A stretch of DNA of 64,000 nucleotides. Source: an uncultured Planctomycetota bacterium. GTDB lineage: Bacteria; Planctomycetota; Planctomycetia; Gemmatales; Gemmataceae. The stretch spans positions 1,120,001-1,184,000 of the forward strand of contig CAWKHF010000012.1 of NCBI GenBank assembly GCA_963849325.1, written 5' to 3'. Positions 22,191-32,653 of the stretch are shown here, in pieces. Position numbers and translations under genes: made by a program. Position 1 is the first letter of the stretch; the number at the start of each line of letters is the position of its first letter. The notes beneath the pieces are model-generated. The model saw nothing but the letters and a program-made list of their open reading frames with translations. It was not told the origin of the DNA and made no database searches.

Positions 22191-23093
22191 ATGAGAGTTG
22201 TTCGTTACCTTCGACGCTTCCGCGCGTTCACGCTGATCGAGCTGCTGGTGGTGATCGCCATCATTGCCATCTTGATCGGCCTGCTGCTGCCGGCCGTGCA
22301 GAAGGTCCGCGAGGCCGCCGCACGCAGCCAGTGCATCAACAACCTCAAGCAGATCGGCCTGGCTTTGCAGAACCACCACGACACGCTCAGCATGCTCCCG
22401 TGCGGCGGCACGAACGCCTGGCCCAACGGCATAGGCACGCTGCAGAACCAAAACGGCAGCTGGGCCTTCCAGATCCTGCCGTACATGGAGCAAAACAACA
22501 CCTGGAACCTGGCCGCTTCCAACATTGCCGTCGTGAAACAAGCCCTCATCAAGACGTACTTCTGCCCTTCGCGTCGCGGGCCGACCCTGCTGCCCTCCAA
22601 TGGCAAAGTTGGCGGAATGGATTATGACGGTAGCTGCGAAAATGGCAACTTCACGTTCCAATCGCCTACTACGGGTGTAAACGTTACGACTCGGGGCATC
22701 ATTGCTCCGAAGACCATGGCGGGCGTCACTCTGGTGCAGATCTCCGATGGGACCAGCAACACCATCGCGGTCAGCGAGAAGAACCTCTCCCGGACGAATT
22801 TGAACACCGGGAACGATCCCTGCGACAATGCGGGGTACTCCTGGGGCTACGACTTCGGCGGCGCCGGGAACTGGGATAACACGCTGGGCAGCGTGAACTA
22901 CCAGCCCGTGCAGGACAACACGGCGCTGGGCAACAATTGTACCCACGGCTTCGGCTCGGCCCACACCGCCAAGATGAACGCGGTCTTCGCCGATGGCTCC
23001 GTCCAGCAGATTACCTACACCGTGAACCTGAATGTCTTCAGGTCGCTGTGCGGCATCAACGATGGGGCCGTGATCAACCCGGGCAGCTTCTGA
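22191..23093 (+). CDS. DUF1559 prepilin-type protein, copy 1
   Basis: [45 protein letters not shown] and H-X9-DG ([12 protein letters not shown]). Confidence 0.95.
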   Translation: MRVVRYLRRFRAFTLIELLVVIAIIAILIGLLLPAVQKVREAAARSQCINNLKQIGLALQNHHDTLSMLPCGGTNAWPNGIGTLQNQNGSWAFQILPYMEQNNTWNLAASNIAVVKQALIKTYFCPSRRGPTLLPSNGKVGGMDYDGSCENGNFTFQSPTTGVNVTTRGIIAPKTMAGVTLVQISDGTSNTIAVSEKNLSRTNLNTGNDPCDNAGYSWGYDFGGAGNWDNTLGSVNYQPVQDNTALGNNCTHGFGSAHTAKMNAVFADGSVQQITYTVNLNVFRSLCGINDGAVINPGSF

Positions 23094-23235
23094 GTCCTCC
23101 GCGGTCGGAGCGGGCACGGCAACAGGGGCCGTGCCCGACCGGATTGTTTCCCGACGTTCGGTTGCTCCGACCCTTTTTGCCCGGAATGTCCACCGACTTG
23201 CCCGTGTCGGGTGCGCGAATCGTTTCTGGTCGTAA

Positions 23236-23289
23236 GGTCATCTTTCTCCCCTCTCCCCCCGCTTCGGGGGAGAGGGGAGAAAGATGACC
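23236..23289. repeat. Long palindrome GGTCATCTTTCTCCCCTCTCCCCC...GGGGGAGAGGGGAGAAAGATGACC
   Basis: About 24-bp perfect arms between the two DUF1559 genes. Confidence 0.8.
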
Positions 23290-23339
23290 CCTCCCAGAAT
23301 CCGCGCATGCACCTCCGTCTCCATTTTCTTGAATTATCC

Positions 23340-23368
23340 TTGACGCCCGGTGAGCAGAGGATTACTTT
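23340..23368 (+). promoter_or_regulatory. Putative promoter of DUF1559 copy 2
   Basis: TTGACG-N17-TACTTT. Confidence 0.45.
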
Positions 23369-23415
23369 CAGAGCGTATCTCTTTTTGTACTTTCTTCACT
23401 TTGGAGGTGCGCTTT

Positions 23416-24312
23416 ATGAGAGTTGCTCATTATCTCAAACGTCTGCGGGCGTTCACGCTGATCGAGCTGCTGGTGGTGATCGCCATCATCGCCATCCTGA
23501 TCGGCCTGTTGCTGCCGGCCGTGCAGAAGGTCCGCGAGGCCGCCGCACGCACGCAATGCGTCAACAACCTCAAGCAAATGGGCCTGGCCTTGCAGAACCA
23601 TCACGACACGCTGAACGCGCTCCCGTGCGGCGGCACGAATGCCGAACCCAACGGGACGGGCATCCTGCAGACTCAAAACGGCAGCTGGGCCTACCAGGTT
23701 CTGCCGTACATGGAGCAAACCAACGTCTGGAACCTGGGGGCTAACTCGTATACATCCGTTATCAAGCCGTTCTTCTGCCCCTCGCGCCGGGGGCCAATCG
23801 CGGTTAGTGGCGGTTCCAAGCCTGGCTCCGGCGGGATGGACTATGCCGCCGGCGCCCAGAATGTCACCTTCACCTTCAACTCGCCTACTACGGGTGCCAG
23901 CGTTACGACACGGGGCATCATCGCAAGGAAAGACCAGTCCCCCGTCACCCTGGTGCAGATCTCCGATGGCACCAGCAACACCATCGCGGTCAGCGAGAAG
24001 AACCTCTCCCGTACGAACCTGAACACCGGGAATGATGTCTGCGACAACGCGGGGTTCGGTTGGGGATGGGATTCCGGCGGCGCCGGGAACTGGGACAACA
24101 CGCTGAGCAACGTGGCCTACCAACCCATTCAGGACAACACGTCGACCGGCGGCCAATGTACCCACGGCTTCGGCTCGGCCCACACCGCCAAGATGAACGC
24201 GGTCTTCGCCGATGGTTCCGTCCAGAACATCAGCTACAGCGTACAGCTGACTATCTTCGAGTCGCTGTGCGGCATCAACGATGGGGCCGTGATCAACCCG
24301 GGCAGCTTCTGA
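23416..24312 (+). CDS. DUF1559 prepilin-type protein, copy 2
   Basis: Same motifs as copy 1. Close tandem paralogue ending in the identical [13 protein letters not shown]. Confidence 0.95.
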   Translation: MRVAHYLKRLRAFTLIELLVVIAIIAILIGLLLPAVQKVREAAARTQCVNNLKQMGLALQNHHDTLNALPCGGTNAEPNGTGILQTQNGSWAYQVLPYMEQTNVWNLGANSYTSVIKPFFCPSRRGPIAVSGGSKPGSGGMDYAAGAQNVTFTFNSPTTGASVTTRGIIARKDQSPVTLVQISDGTSNTIAVSEKNLSRTNLNTGNDVCDNAGFGWGWDSGGAGNWDNTLSNVAYQPIQDNTSTGGQCTHGFGSAHTAKMNAVFADGSVQNISYSVQLTIFESLCGINDGAVINPGSF

Positions 24313-24626
24313 GTCCTCCGGTGGCAGGCGAGCATGGCGACCTCCGCCGTGCTCGCCCGCCTTGCTTTCCCAAGATCCTTTTTCCCCTCTCTCGTCCGCT
24401 TCGTCTCTTTTTCCCGGGAATGCTCGCAACACCGCTCGGCGGCGCTCGCGGCGAATCCGATGACATTTGTTCTCGGGGCGCTTACGCAGCCCCGCTCGCC
24501 CATGAAGTTCGCTTCCCTTCGCTTCCAGATAGGCGAAGGTGTTGTTAGAATGCGGGCAGAGCAAGGGACTTCCGAGCGCCTCCGCCGACGATCCGCCGCA
24601 TCGATGTCCCACGGAGTCGAACTTTC

Positions 24627-25959
24627 GTGTCTCGTCGTCTGTTCCATACTCTCTTTCTGGCCTTGCTGTTGGCCCTGACCGGCGGCGTCGCTTTCGGTGC
24701 CTGGTTGTTCCTCCGCGCCGAGCCAAGTCCGCAGCCTCCGGTCGTCCCGCTGGGGGAGCTGGATCCCACGACAGCCGGCATGATCGAGCGCGCCGAAGCG
24801 CGGGTGCGTGCCTCTCCGCAATCGGGGGCGGACTGGGGTTGGCTGGGGAAAGTACTGCTCGCCGCGCGACTTCGTCCCGAAGCCATGTCCTGTTTCGCCC
24901 GGGCGGAACATCTCGATCCGCACGAGCCGCGCTGGCCCTATCTTCAGGGCGTTGTCCTGCTGGCGGACCATCCCGATGACGAGGCCATGCCGTTTCTGCT
25001 TCGAGCCGTCGAGCGTGCCGGCTCGTCGCCGGACATGCCTCGCCTTCGGGTCGCGGAACTGCTGCTCAAACAGGGCCGTCGGGAAGAGGCCGAGGAACAT
25101 TTTCGCCTCCTCCTGGCGGCAACTCCCGACCATCCCCGCGCCCAACTGGGCCTGGCTCGCATCGCCCTAGCGAGGGGAGACCTCCGCGAAGCCCTCGGGA
25201 GGCTGGAGCCGAGCCTGTCCAATTCGTTTGTCCGCAAGTCCGCATCTGCTGCTGGTCAAAGTTCGGCAAGAGATGGGCGACGCGGAGGGCGCACGCCAGG
25301 CGCTCCAGCAGGCTTCCGCCCTTCCTCTCGACACGGACTGGCCCGACCCGTTCCTGAACGAAGTGCGCGCGTTGGAAACGGATAAGTTGACCGTCCGTCG
25401 TCGTGCCGAGCAGGAATCGGATTCGGAGTCCCAGCAATTACTGGAGACCGTGGAGCGCGATCACCCGGAGACGAGGGCGGTAATCGAGGGACGGCGACTC
25501 CTGGCCGCCAAGGATGCCAGGGGCGCCGAACAGGCGTTTCGGCAGGTGATTGCGCTGGCACCGGAATACGCCCAGGGGCATTACTGGCTGGGAATGGCCT
25601 TGCGGGACCAGGGCAATCTCGGCGGTGCCGCCGCCAGCTTCCGCAGGACGATCCAATTGCAGCCAAGCCATGCGCGTGCGCACGAGCAGCTCGGCAAGTG
25701 TCTGGAAGGGCTAGGGGATCGTGCCGGGGCCATCGAGGCTTATCGGGCCGCCGTTCGTTATGAGCCTCAGAAGGCGGAGGTTCACGCCCGCCTCGGTGAG
25801 TTGCTGGCCGACGATGGCCACGATGTCGAGGCCCTCGAACATCTGCGGCGTGCTCTTGCTTTGGCCCCTGACGATGCGAAGAGTCGAGAACGGATCGAGC
25901 GAATGCAAAAGCGAACCGAGCCGCGACCGTCCGGGAGCGGAGAAAGCACCGCTCCCTGA
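24627..25959 (+). CDS. Membrane-anchored TPR protein (frameshift near 25250)
   Basis: N-terminal TM helix and TPR repeats across ORFs 24627..25385 and 25228..25959. Confidence 0.85.
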
Positions 25960-25973
25960 CGGTCGCGGCTCGG
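25916..25973. repeat. REP-like palindrome (same family as 13308), overlapping the TPR gene 3' end
   Basis: CCGAGCCGCGACCGTCCGGGAGCGG-N8-CCGCTCCCTGACGGTCGCGGCTCGG, translated as EPRPSGSGESTAP*. Confidence 0.85.
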
Positions 25974-25995
25974 ATTCCTTGGTGGGAGATCGGCC

Positions 25996-27823
25996 ATGTT
26001 CAAAGGGAAACTCCTGGCCGGAGCTGCGGCGACGGTCCTGATCGTTGTTGTGGCCGTGGCTGCCGTCGTATGGCTTCGCGCGGACAAGGGGACAACGTTC
26101 GCCGCCAGGCGAGAAGCCCTTCCGCGATGTCGCCGTGGAGTCCGGTATCACGTTCCGCATGCGCTTTCTGACCGAGGAGCAAGGCCAAACCTTCAAGGTC
26201 AATCTCTACGATCACGGCAGCGGGCTTGCGGTCGCCGACTATGACGGAGACGGCCACGATGACATTTATTTCGTGAATCAACTCGGAGCCAATGCGCTCT
26301 TCCGCAACCGGGGAGATGGGACCTTCCAGGATGTCACGTCCAAGGCAGGGGTCGGCTTCGGCGATCGCATCTGCACGGCGGCCACCTTCGCCGATTACGA
26401 CAACGACGGCCGACAAGACCTGTTCGTGACCAGCACCCGCGGCGGCAACGTCCTGTTCCACAACCAGGGCGATGGCACCTTCCGGGATGTCACCAAGGAA
26501 GCGGGCGTGGTCCACGTCGGACATTCCCAGGCCGGCTTCTTTTTTGACTATGACAACGATGGCTTCCTCGACCTCCTCGTCCTCCAGACGGCCTCCTGGA
26601 CGACCAAGGAGTTCGATGAGGAGTCCAAATACTTCCCGGGAAAAGAAACGCTCACGGACATTATGGGTAGCCCCAGAGAGTACAACATTCTCTACCACAA
26701 CAATAAAGACGGGACGTTCACCGATGTCACGACGAAATCCGGTCTGAAGGGGAAGGGTTGGGCGGCCGACGCCGCCATTTTCGATTACGACGAAGATGGC
26801 CATCTCGACGTGCTGATCACGAGCATGTTCGGTCCCTCACAGCTCTACCGCAACAACGGCGACGGCACTTTCACGGAAGTCACGCGGAAGACATTGGGCC
26901 GTACTCCCGCCGGGGGAATGGGGGCGCGGGCGTTCGACTTCGACAACGACGGCAAGCTGGACCTGTACATCGTGGACATGCACTCCGATATGTGGGTGCC
27001 TTTTGGGTTCGACCTTTCTCGCCTGGACGAAAAAAAGAAGCACCGGCACATGTTCGTCCCCGATAATCTGGAGGACAACCCCGAGGCCATGGCGGTGGAA
27101 AAACGAGTACAGACCCAGATCGGACTGCGCTACGACGAGGTTGTCTTCGGCAACACCTTCCACCGCAACCTCGGAAAAGGGAAATTTGAGGAGATGTCGG
27201 ATCGAGCCAACCTGGAGACGTTCTGGCCGTGGGGCATCGCCACGGGCGACTTCGACAACGACGGCCTGGAAGACGTCTTCATTCCTTCGGGGATGGGCTA
27301 TCCCTGGAAATACTGGCCCAACCGCTTGCTGATGAACAACGGCGACCGGACCTTCCGCGAATGTTCCCACGAGGAGGGGGTGGAGCCGCCCGCCGAGGGA
27401 ACGTTTCTCGCCGAGGACGTGCGCGGCCGACCGATGCCGCGCAGCTCGCGCAGTGCGGCCGTGGCCGATTTCGACGGTGATGGACGGCTGGAGATCGTGA
27501 CCAACAACTTCAACGACCGTCCTTACTACTTCAAGAACGGTTCGCCGCGAAAGAACTACGTGGCCTTCCGGCTGCGGGGGACGCGAAGCAACCGCGACGC
27601 CATCGGCGCCGTGGTACGGGTTTCCGTGGGAGATCAGATTCACACGCGCCAGGTGAATCCGGCGGCCGGCTACCTGTCCCAGTCCTCGAAGACCGTTCAT
27701 TTCGGGCTGGGCGGCCAGGAGAAAGTGGATCGGGTGGAGATCCGATGGCCCAGCGGTCTCGTCCAGAAGTTGGATGGCTGCGACATCAACCAGCGGCACG
27801 ACGTTGTCGAGCCAGCCCCGTAA
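25996..27823 (+). CDS. CRTAC1-family protein (FG-GAP and ASPIC/UnbV; frameshift near 26100)
   Basis: Signal anchor MFKGKLLAGAAATVLIVVV in the adjacent frame, DYDGDGHDD repeats, NRDAIGAVV and HFGLG...IRWPSG. Confidence 0.9.
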
Positions 27824-27847
27824 TGGCCTTGCCGCGACGCCGGGATG

Positions 27848-28531
27848 TCAGCACGTGCGCGAGCTTTGCAGTCGGCCCTTGTCCAGCTCGTGGACGTGGG
27901 TAGCCTGCTCCGTCAATCGGGGGTCGTGGGACGAAAGGATGACGGTCCTTCCCTCGGCATGCGCCTGCTGCAACACGGCCCGTAATTCGCGCGTCGCCTC
28001 GGCATCCAGGTTCGACGTCGGTTCGTCGGCCAGCAACACGTCGGGCGTCCCGGCCAGGGCGCGGGCGAGGGCGACGCGCTGCTGCTCGCCGCCGCTGAGA
28101 TGCCGTGCCGGCGTCGCCCGTTTCTCTTCGAGTCCGAAGCGGGCGAGTAGTTCGCGGGCCCGACGCTGACGCTCAGCGCGGGTCAGGCCGCGTGGGATCA
28201 GCGCGTAGGTGATGTTGGCCGCGGCGGACAGGTCGGGGAGGAGGGCGAAATCCTGAAAGACGAATCCCATTCGCCTCCGCAGCCGCGTCCGGTACATGCC
28301 GGAGCAGGCGTCGAGGTCGTCTCCCTCGAAGAGCAGATGTCCCCGCGTCGGCCTCTCCAGGGCGCCCAGAAGGGAAAGCAGAGTCGTCTTGCCCGCGCCG
28401 GAAGAGCCGATCAGGACGGTCAAGCTGCCTCGTTCGATGCCCAGGGAAACGCCGTCCAGGGCGCGGACTTCGCCGCCAGGACCGCCGTAATGTTTGCACA
28501 GGGATCGGGCCTCGTACAGCAGCATGGCCAT
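27848..28531 (-). CDS. ABC transporter ATP-binding protein (LolD/MacB-like)
   Basis: GSSGAGKT, LSGGEQQRVALARAL, LLADEPTSNLD and SSHD motifs. Confidence 0.93.
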   Translation of the reverse strand: MAMLLYEARSLCKHYGGPGGEVRALDGVSLGIERGSLTVLIGSSGAGKTTLLSLLGALERPTRGHLLFEGDDLDACSGMYRTRLRRRMGFVFQDFALLPDLSAAANITYALIPRGLTRAERQRRARELLARFGLEEKRATPARHLSGGEQQRVALARALAGTPDVLLADEPTSNLDAEATRELRAVLQQAHAEGRTVILSSHDPRLTEQATHVHELDKGRLQSSRTC

Positions 28532-28537
28532 CCGGCC

Positions 28538-29731
28538 TCACCTCATGGCCTCGCGCGGCGGTGCCATTGCGGCGCGCCAGCAGGAGTAGAGAGTACCGCT
28601 CAGCACGATCACCAGGGAGAGCACGAAGGCAAGCAGGGCGGGCACGGGGCGAAGCCGGAACGGCACTGGGACGTCGGCGACGGCTTCCGTCCCGCCCGGG
28701 AAAAGGGCGGCAATCCCATAGCCGTTGCCGACCCGTAACCACAGCCAGGCCAGCAACAGCGACGTACACGCCGCAGCCAGGCTGAGCGCGATGCTTTCCG
28801 CCACGCCGCGCAGTAAAATCTCGTCGGTTTGCCAGCCGGTGGCCTTGAGGATGCCGATCTCGCGCCGTCGCTCCGGCAGACCCAACCCCGAAGTGACCAG
28901 CAGCACGAGGATGCCGACGACGAAGACGAGGACGAAGTGAAGACTGAAGACGCCTTCGCGGTGCAGCAGGCCGCGGGGCAGCAAGGCGAGCAATTCCGCG
29001 CGGGACGTTACGCGCGGCCGAATAACTTCCTTGCCCGGCCCCTCGTTCAGCCGAAGGCCGCGCTCGATGGTCCGGCTGATGAATCCCTGATTCTCCGGCC
29101 GACACCAGACCAGCAGGTCGGTCGCCGCTCCGTCCCGGTCGAACACATAGGCGGCCGAGTCGAAGGTGGTCAGGATCAGGTTCGCTTGCCAGAGCGGCCC
29201 ATCGGGCTTGAAGACGCCCACCACGCGCGAAAGCCGATCACCGCGGCGATTTTCGTAAAAGGGAAGCAGGAGGTCTCCGACCTGGAGCTTCAGCCGACGG
29301 GCCAGGCCCGTGCCGATGACCAGCTCATTGAGTCGGCCCGAGCGGGGCAGCTCGCCGTCGATGCCCTCGGACCAGTCGGGGAGGAACTCGGGCGGCAGAC
29401 CGACGAGTACGGCATGGACGCGGTCCTTGCCGAGGACCACCTCGCCGACGATCCGCGGCGCGACGGCGGTGACGCCGTCGATTTGCCGGATCGCGGACAC
29501 CATGGCCAGCGGGAGAGGGCTGGGCCGTCCGAACTGGCTGCCCGTGACGTAGAGATCGGCGCCGAAGCGCGCCGAACGCATCGCCTCGGCCCGCAGTCCC
29601 TCGGCCAGCCCCAGACCGACCAGGTAAGGCAAGAGCATGACCACGAGGGCCAGGAAGGATACCGCACTGCGTAACGGGTGAAGAAAGATGGACTCCAGAC
29701 CCGTGCCGAGGATATCAAGGAGGTGGCGCAT
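28538..29731 (-). CDS. ABC transporter permease (FtsX/LolE-like)
   Basis: N-terminal TM, periplasmic domain, ERRREIGILKATGW and three C-terminal TMs. Confidence 0.9.
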   Translation of the reverse strand: MRHLLDILGTGLESIFLHPLRSAVSFLALVVMLLPYLVGLGLAEGLRAEAMRSARFGADLYVTGSQFGRPSPLPLAMVSAIRQIDGVTAVAPRIVGEVVLGKDRVHAVLVGLPPEFLPDWSEGIDGELPRSGRLNELVIGTGLARRLKLQVGDLLLPFYENRRGDRLSRVVGVFKPDGPLWQANLILTTFDSAAYVFDRDGAATDLLVWCRPENQGFISRTIERGLRLNEGPGKEVIRPRVTSRAELLALLPRGLLHREGVFSLHFVLVFVVGILVLLVTSGLGLPERRREIGILKATGWQTDEILLRGVAESIALSLAAACTSLLLAWLWLRVGNGYGIAALFPGGTEAVADVPVPFRLRPVPALLAFVLSLVIVLSGTLYSCWRAAMAPPREAMR

Positions 29732-30065
29732 CACCGGCCTCCTCGCCGGCCGAGCGGCTGTCCGAGCGTCCATCCAGCGGCGGATAGGAGAGGAAGGAGC
29801 CGGTGTGCCAGGGGCAGAAGCAGGCGCCCCCGGGGACCAGACCGTGCCCGAGGGAGCAGCTGCCCTCCAGGCGGGGATCCAGTGCGAAGGCACAGCCGGA
29901 TAGGTCGGTCGCGGGACCGAACCCCAGCCCGCCGACGAGGCGCTGGAACGACTCGGCGCGTGCCTCCTGGCGTTGCTCGGCCCGTCCCTCCGCCACGAAG
30001 ACCGCGACGGCGGCAACGGTCAGGAGCAGCAGAAAGAGCAAAAGGCCGGCGGCGCGCGATTCCAT
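29715..30065 (-). CDS. Small membrane-anchored Cys-rich hypothetical protein
   Basis: TM helix then SGCAFALDPRLEGSCSLGHGLVPGGACFCPWH. Overlaps the permease start. Confidence 0.65.
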   Translation of the reverse strand: MESRAAGLLLFLLLLTVAAVAVFVAEGRAEQRQEARAESFQRLVGGLGFGPATDLSGCAFALDPRLEGSCSLGHGLVPGGACFCPWHTGSFLSYPPLDGRSDSRSAGEEAGDAPPP

Positions 30066-30230
30066 CAGTCGTGGATCTCCAGGAGGTCTCCGCCCTTTTC
30101 GCGGTTAACTTACTCCGTTTCCCCTTTCCGGCCACGCCGAAGAGCTTTCCCCCGGACAGCGAGTCGGCACACCCGTTGTTTTGTCCCGATCGCTACTCCA
30201 GCGGAAGGTATACGAGGGAGGACTGAGGAA

Positions 30231-31274
30231 ATGATTGTTAACGCCTACGCCGTACTCGATGCCTTCGTCAGCTTTCTCCGCCTGGGTTTGGGCCTGGTAG
30301 TGCTGGGGCTGGCGTTGTCCGTATCCGGCTACGGCTTCCGTCGGGCGGTCCCCCGGCCGGCGCGAGAATCTCTGGAAAACCGCTACTACCTCCTCGTTCT
30401 CCTGGCCGGACTCTTGCTCGGGTTGAATGTACTGGCCTGGCCCTTGCTCTACTTGCTGCTGCAGAGTTATGTGCCCCAGTGGCCGGGCGTCATGTGCATC
30501 TACGGCGTCACGCGGATCGGCAGTCACAGCCTGGGCGTCAGCCGCTACCTGCCCCCCCTCCTGACGGCCCTCCAGGTGATGAAACCCACCCTCGTCTTCC
30601 TGAGTGGGGCCTGGTTCGTCCTGCACCTGGTCAACCGTCGCACCCGCACGGCGCCGCTGACCGGCCGAGTCCGGCTTGTCCTGCTGGCTTCCGCACTGTT
30701 GGCGACCGTTGATGCCGCCGCGGAAGTCGCGTATCTCGCCATCCCGAAAAAGGAAGAGTTTTTGTCGGCCGGCTGCTGCACGACGGCCGCCGGCGAAACG
30801 GAGGCGAGTCGATTCCTGCCCGGAACGCTGGTCGCCGACAAAAACGTCCCCTGGTTGTACGCCGTCTACTACGCGGCGAACCTCGGCCTGTCGGCGACCC
30901 TGGCGGGCTGTCTGCGCTCCGTCAGGCGAGAGGTCTCCCCAGTGCGGCTGGCACTCCTCGCCCTCGGCGTGGTGGGGACACTGGCCGTCAACATGGTCTT
31001 CTTGACGGACGCGGCCGCGCCGCGCCTCCTGCACATGCCGGATCACCACTGCCCTTACGACCTCATTCCTCAGGCGCCGGAAAGTCTTGCCGCGGTGACC
31101 TTGTTCCTCGGCGGCGGCTTCTGCGTGGGCTGGGCCGGTGTCGCCGGCTGGCTGGGCCGCGGCCCGGAATGCGAGTGGTTTCTGGCAGGAACGGTCTCGC
31201 GTCTCCTCCGAACTGGGTTAATCGCAATCCTTGCTTCCATGCTGCTGATGTCCGCCGAACTGGCCTTCGCGTGA
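30231..31274 (+). CDS. Polytopic membrane protein with Cys/His motifs
   Basis: GAGG RBS, about 8 TM helices, and loop motifs GVMCIYG, AGCCT and HHCPYD. Confidence 0.75.
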   Translation: MIVNAYAVLDAFVSFLRLGLGLVVLGLALSVSGYGFRRAVPRPARESLENRYYLLVLLAGLLLGLNVLAWPLLYLLLQSYVPQWPGVMCIYGVTRIGSHSLGVSRYLPPLLTALQVMKPTLVFLSGAWFVLHLVNRRTRTAPLTGRVRLVLLASALLATVDAAAEVAYLAIPKKEEFLSAGCCTTAAGETEASRFLPGTLVADKNVPWLYAVYYAANLGLSATLAGCLRSVRREVSPVRLALLALGVVGTLAVNMVFLTDAAAPRLLHMPDHHCPYDLIPQAPESLAAVTLFLGGGFCVGWAGVAGWLGRGPECEWFLAGTVSRLLRTGLIAILASMLLMSAELAFA

Positions 31275-31463
31275 AGAACCCTGTCTTCCCAAAAATGACT
31301 ACCCTTACGGAATCTGCTACCCCACGGAACAGAAAAAGCCGGGCGAGGTAGAAAACAGTCAAGACGGACACGGCTGAATGCCGATAGATTATTCGAAACG
31401 ATTCGCCCCGCTCTCTCTCCACCGCGAACGTCATCGCCGCATTGCGGTCAAGGAGGAGCCTGT

Positions 31464-32210
31464 ATGTCTCTCAATCGGCGAATGGCCGTGGCGCTCCTCT
31501 CCACCATCCTTCTCCATCTTCCGTCCGCACTACCTGCCGGCGAACCTGCGGCTGCGGGCATCGTCTTCGTGGTCGGCGGCGTGGGCGGACTCGACCCGAT
31601 CCAAGCGTGCGCTCCCTGGACGTTGCCGAAGGCGGGCGTGCCGCACCGCATCGAGGTTTTCCCCTGGACACACGGCAAATGCCGGTTGCTGCGCGATCTG
31701 CGCGACACGCCCTATCTGCTGGCGCAAGCGGAGCGCCTGGCCGAGGCGGTGCGCCAAGCGCAGGCCCGCGAACCGAGCCGGCCGATCTACCTCCTCGGCC
31801 ACAGCGCCGGCGCCGGCGTCATCCTGGCGGCGGCCGAGAAACTGCCGCCGGCCAGCCTGGAGCGCATCCTCCTCCTGTCGGCGGCCGTCTCGTCGACGTA
31901 CGACCTGCGCGGCGCCCTTCGCGCCACTCGCCGCGAAGTGGTATGCTTCAATTCAACGTATGATCGCTTGTGCCTGGATTGGGGTACCAGCGTCTTCGGC
32001 ACCGTCGATCGCGTTTACGGGCCGGCCGCCGGCCTCGGCGGCTTCCAGCCGCCGACGGACCTCGATGAGGAGGGCCGCGAGTTGTACCGCCGACTGGTGC
32101 AGGTGCCGTGGCGCCTGGAGATGGTCCTGAAATGTACCGACGGCTCCCATCATGGGCCGTGCATGCCCATCTTTCTCGCCCGCCAGGTCGCCCCGTGGCT
32201 GCTGCCGTGA
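31464..32210 (+). CDS. Secreted alpha/beta hydrolase
   Basis: Signal peptide, nucleophile elbow YLLGHSAGAG, AAGGAGG RBS. Confidence 0.8.
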   Translation: MSLNRRMAVALLSTILLHLPSALPAGEPAAAGIVFVVGGVGGLDPIQACAPWTLPKAGVPHRIEVFPWTHGKCRLLRDLRDTPYLLAQAERLAEAVRQAQAREPSRPIYLLGHSAGAGVILAAAEKLPPASLERILLLSAAVSSTYDLRGALRATRREVVCFNSTYDRLCLDWGTSVFGTVDRVYGPAAGLGGFQPPTDLDEEGRELYRRLVQVPWRLEMVLKCTDGSHHGPCMPIFLARQVAPWLLP

Positions 32211-32270
32211 TCGTCTGGGCCGTCCCCGCGCCTTGTCCGGAAGCCGCGGACGCATTGTGAGGGCCGAACC

Positions 32271-32575
32271 GTGAGAGAGACAAAGACGTCTCCGTGGACC
32301 GAGACCGCCAATCGCCTGGTCCCGCCGTATAACGTCATTCTGGAGAATGACGATCACCACTCGCACACCTTCGTCGTCCGCGTGCTGTGCAAGGCTCTCG
32401 GCCATTCGATCGACCGCGCCTATCAACTGATGCTCCAGCGCATCTGACCGGCCGGGCCATCGTCTGGACGGCGCCGAAGGAGGTCGCCGAGTTGAAGGCC
32501 GAGCAGATCGCCACCTTCCGCGAAGAGCCGCACGGCCCGCTCGGCTGCACGATTGAACCGGCGTCCGGCTGTTAA
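32271..32575 (+). CDS. clpS: ATP-dependent Clp protease adaptor (frameshift near 32439)
   Basis: Manual translation: PPYNVILENDDHHSHTFVVRVL...LML(Q/A)HLTGRAIVWTAPKEVAELK...PLGCTIEP. Confidence 0.88.
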
Positions 32576-32653
32576 AACGCTTGCACGCGCTCCGTCCTGC
32601 GCCTACCATCAGCGGGCAGGAATCCCCCTGTCCGCATCGCGGAGGACGTTGTC

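Noticed and set aside
22191-24312. Diversity-generating retroelement (TR/VR pair)
   Set aside because: Both copies are full genes, differences include indels and are not adenine-specific, and no reverse transcriptase is present in the window.
18054-27823. Enediyne or other secondary-metabolite cluster suggested by UnbV domains
   Set aside because: No PKS/NRPS or tailoring genes. ASPIC/UnbV proteins are common in planctomycetes.
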